Below, one piece after another: positions 60,571 through 64,000 of a stretch of DNA of 64,000 nucleotides (position 1 is the first letter of the stretch; each line of letters begins with the position of its first letter). The notes beneath the pieces are model-generated. The model did not search any database. It worked only from the letters and a program-made list of their open reading frames with translations, and was not told where the DNA came from. Source of the stretch: Glaucostegus cemiculus (Eukaryota); contig CDPCPM010000180.1 in NCBI GenBank assembly GCA_976551045.1, positions 1,054,001 to 1,118,000 of the forward strand, given 5' to 3'. A program made the position numbers and the translations under genes.

Positions 60571-61468
60571 CACCCATTGTTTCCAAACATACCTTTGCTC
60601 ATTGCAGCCAAAAAGTTCATTATAACTTAATCAGTCCACAGGACTTGTTTCCAAAATGCATCAGGCTTGTTCAGATGTTCCTTTGCAAACTTCCGACACT
60701 GAATTTTGTGACAAAGATGCAGGAAAGTTTGGAGAAAAAAGGGTGCAGAATTTCATGAAAAGAACACCTCTCCAACTGTTAAGCACGGGGGTGGATTGAT
60801 CATGCTTTGGGCTTGTGTTGCAGCCTGTGGCACGGGGAATGTTTTACCGATAGAGGGGGGAATGAATTAATTCAATTAAATACCAGCAAATTCTAGAAGC
60901 AAACATCACACCGCCTGTAAAAAAGCTGAAGATGAAAAGGGGATGGCTTCTACAACAGGATAACTATCCTAAACACTCCTCAAAATCCACAATAGACTAC
61001 CTCAAGAGGCACAAACTGAAGGTTTTGCCATGGTCCTCACAGTCCCCCGACCTAAACATCATCGAAAATCTGTGGATAGACCTCAAAAGAGCAGTGCATG
61101 CAAGATGGACCAAGAATGTCACAGAAGCCTTTTGCAAGGAAGAATGGGCAAAACTCCCCCAAACAAGAATTGAAAGACTCTTAACTGGCGACAGTAAGCG
61201 TTTACAAGCTGTAATACTTGCCAAAGGGGGTGTTACTAAGTACTGACCATGCAGTGTGCCCAAACTTTTACTTTGGGCCATTTTTCTTTTTTGTTATTTT
61301 GAAACTGTAAAAGATGGAAATAAAAAGGTAATCTTGCTTAAAATATTAAAGAACTGTGTCATCTTTAACATTACGCCTTTTGGAAATCAGGTCATCTTTT
61401 ACTCGCTTAGCTATTCACAGTAACAGAAATTTTGACCAGGGATGCCCAAACCTTTGCATGCCACTGTA
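60571..61468 (+). mobile_element. Tc1-family (DD34E) DNA transposon 3' half with IR/DR-type right end; 60571-60730 is inverted
   Basis: [12 protein letters not shown]-(34 aa)-E (WSSQSPDLNIIENLW)..KGGVTKY*; direct repeats TGACC..TGCCCAAAC at about 61244 and 61433; ends CACTG|TA. Confidence 0.92.
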
Positions 61469-61789
61469 CATTAAGAATTTGGATGTGAATGTAGCAGATA
61501 CGTTTAGGAAGTTTGCACGCATTTCAGAAAAAAGTATAATGTCATTTAAGCTAGGAACTTCTTCCAATGAGTTTGAAGATAGTGCAATGGATATAGAAAT
61601 ACCATTTCTATGCCATTGCTATTTGAGAAATAGAAGTTTCTACTTAAGCAATGTTTTTAATTTTACAAATGCACTCTGGCATGAAAAGCAGTAGAAGTTA
61701 AAGTAAGTTCAGCTTTACTATACTGACAACTGAATAATGCACTGGTCTGTAAATGTTCAGGCATGGGACACATGCTTCCTCTCCAAATT

Positions 61790-62320
61790 CTCCCCTCACC
61801 CCTGAGCCTACTCTGACACTCAGCTAGATCATGGCTGACCTAATCTTGGCCTCGATTCTCCTATCGTCTAAAGTTCTGTCTATCTCAAGCATGAAGATAT
61901 TCAATGATCACCCTTCACAGATCTCTGGGGTACAGAATTCTAAACATTCACAACCTTTCCGAGAAATTCCTTCTCAGGTCTGTCTTAAATGGACAACTTG
62001 TTCAACTTGATTCTGAAACTATGTGCCCAAGTTCCAGATTCCCCTATGACCAAAAACATCCACTCACCTTCCACCTTGTCAAACCTATTCAGAATCTTAT
62101 ATTTCAAGAAGATCAGTCAAACTTCATCTCCAATCTGCTCAGCCCTCCCTCATTCCAGGAATAAAGCTAGTGAAACTTACCTGACCATCATCCAATGGAA
62201 GAATATCTCTCCTTCAATAAAGGGACCAAAACAGTGCACAGTTCTCCAGGTGTTGTCTCACCAATGTCCTTCATGGTTGTACAAAGACTTCTCTAGTTTT
62301 ATACCCCATCTTCTGTGCAA
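61790..62320 (-). mobile_element. Old CR1 LINE 3' portion
   Basis: CTCTGGGGTACAGAATTC (WNSLPQ reverse), GAGAAATTCCTTCTCA, GACCAAAACAGTGCACAGTTCTCCAGGTG (HLEYCAxFW reverse). Confidence 0.7.
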
Positions 62321-62336
62321 TTAATTATAACATTCA

Positions 62337-62624
62337 GGCACAGTAGTGTAGCGGTAAGTGCAACACTATTACAACGCCAGCGACCCGGGTTCGACTCCGG
62401 CCACTGTCTGTAAGGAGTTTGTACGTTCTCCCTGTGTCTGCGTGGGTTTCCTCTGGTTTCCTCCCATGTTCCAAAGACATATGGGTTAGGAAGTTGTGGG
62501 CATGCTATGTTGGCGCCGGAAGTGTGGCGACACTTGCAGGCTGCCCCCAGAACACTCTATGCAAAAGATGCATTTCACTGTGTGTTTTGATGTGCATGTG
62601 ACTAATAAAGAGATCTTATCTTAT
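62337..62624 (+). mobile_element. V-domain SINE with Rex1-like tail
   Basis: A box TAGTGTAGCGG, consensus B box GGTTCGACTCC, V core, (ATCTT)n tail; candidate TSD CATTC. Confidence 0.92.
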
Positions 62625-62649
62625 CATTCTAGGGCTGCATAGTGCCCCC

Positions 62650-62985
62650 ATTAGTTAGTGCTGCTGTCATACAGCTCCATTGATAGGTGTTTGCTTCCAA
62701 CCTTGTGTGCTGTCTGTGTGGAGCTTGCACACTGTATGATCACACGGGCTTCCCATGAGTACCCAACGTACCCACCAACCCTGCCCCCCACTGCCACCTC
62801 CACATCCCAAAAAAGTGCTCGTAAGTTAAGTGGCTGTAAGTTGCCCCAGTGTTGGTGTGTAGCAGAGAAATCAAGGTGAGTAAAAGTACATGTAAGAGAG
62901 AATTAGTTGCAGGGAGCTAAGTGGGGTTTGGGATTGACGAAAGCCAGAGACATGATGTGCTGAGTGGTATCATTCTGTGTAATAA
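62650..62985 (+). mobile_element. Older, decayed V-SINE-like element
   Basis: GTTAGTGCTGCTG..CAGCTCCA..GCTGTCTGTGTGGAGCTTGCAC..CCACATCCCAAA..TGTAAGTTGCCCC. Confidence 0.55.
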
Positions 62986-63129
62986 GGAAAGGTGAGAAAA
63001 TGAGAAATTGCCTTTCTACTTTCTGTACAACATATTAACTTCCTGTGTTTCATAATCAAGAACGCCAAGATCCCTCTGTACGGTAGCTTTCTGTAATCTC
63101 TATCTGAATATTTGTTTTCTCATTCTTCC

Positions 63130-63900
63130 TACCAGAGTGGAAATTCCCACATCGTCCTCCAACTGCCAAATGTTTGCCCATCCACTTAACCATCCAGGTC
63201 CCTCTGCAGACTCTTACTGTTGCCCTCACAACTTGATTTCCACAGTCACCACACTGTCAGCAAACGTACTTGCAGGACAGAGTCCCTTCATCTGAATCTC
63301 AATCATGTAAATCAATTGAAGCTCAACCTGTGGCAACGATTCCTGCGGCAACCCACTTACCGACATGAAAATGAACCATTTATGGCAACTCCCCTCAGTT
63401 GTGATGCAGGGTCTCGACTTGAACTGTTAACCATCCCTTCAGCTCAGATGCTGCTTGACCTGATGATTTCATCCAGCAGTTTGTTTTTCTTTTGCTCCAG
63501 ATTCTGGCATCTGCATTCTCTTATGTCTCCATTGCAACTCTGTTCTCCAACCCTCTACTACCCCCAACAGCATGAGCTCTTAACTTGTGCAATAAATTTT
63601 TATGTAGCATGTTATTGAATGCCTTTCAGAAATCAAAATGCATTACATATTTGGCCTTCCTTTACCCACTCTACTCATTACATTCACCAAGCACTTTAAT
63701 AAATTTGTCAAACATGCCCTTTCGTAAAACAATTGTGACCCTACTCGATTTTTTCATGATTTCCTAAATACCCTGTTACTACTTTATTAATAATGAATTC
63801 CAGCATTTTCCCAGTGATGGACATTAAGTAATTGTCCTACGCTTTCCTGCTTTCTGTCACCCTCATTTCTTGAAGAGCATCATTGAATTTGCAATTTTTC
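63130..63900 (-). mobile_element. Old CR1 RT core fragment with a PLE tip (about 63390-63530, plus) inserted
   Basis: Reverse strand DFxKAFN (GCCTTTCAGAAATC), SGLPQES (decayed GVPQGS) and QRDLDG; PLE end GATGCTGCTTGACCTG..AGATTCTGGCATCTGCA. Confidence 0.6.
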
Positions 63901-64000
63901 ACCCTGCCGGGGTCTTTTCAGAATATATGGAACTAGGGAACATCAGAAAACGAACCTTGAAATTGCTTCTTTAAAGAGCTAAGATGTAGTCCATCAGATT

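Noticed and set aside
62337-62410. tRNA gene (A and B boxes present), also at 23045, 48940 and 49512
   Set aside because: Each runs straight into the V-SINE core and tail, so these are SINE heads rather than tRNA genes

Overview
This is a vertebrate, repeat-rich and apparently intergenic or intronic window. The repeat repertoire (CR1 LINE 3' ends with (TTCTATG)n tails, Penelope-like elements, Rex1/Babar LINEs, tRNA-derived V-domain SINEs, DeuSINE remnants) points to a cartilaginous fish, probably a batoid; this is inference from family recognition, not a database result. I recognise no intact host protein-coding gene: the ORFs I could identify are transposon fragments and the rest look like chance. 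The most notable signals are: (i) many decayed minimal type-I hammerhead ribozyme motifs in the Penelope termini, plus three head-to-head inverted Penelope pairs; (ii) one V-SINE head/core carrying two alternative 3' tails that match two different LINE families in the window (CR1 and Rex1); (iii) at least five very old PIF/Harbinger relics (DDE transposase and Myb/SANT ORFs); (iv) a Tc1 DD34E element with an internal inversion fused to a Penelope RT/GIY-YIG fragment; (v) a short interstitial (TTAGGG)n tract at a Penelope truncation point; (vi) a divergent pair of ZNF143/THAP11-type motifs, a few candidate orphan exons and enhancer-like unique blocks; (vii) a Gypsy integrase relic and a 46-bp decayed minisatellite. 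Repeat boundaries were read by eye and are approximate (tens of bp). I found no convincing evidence of a wholly new biological system.
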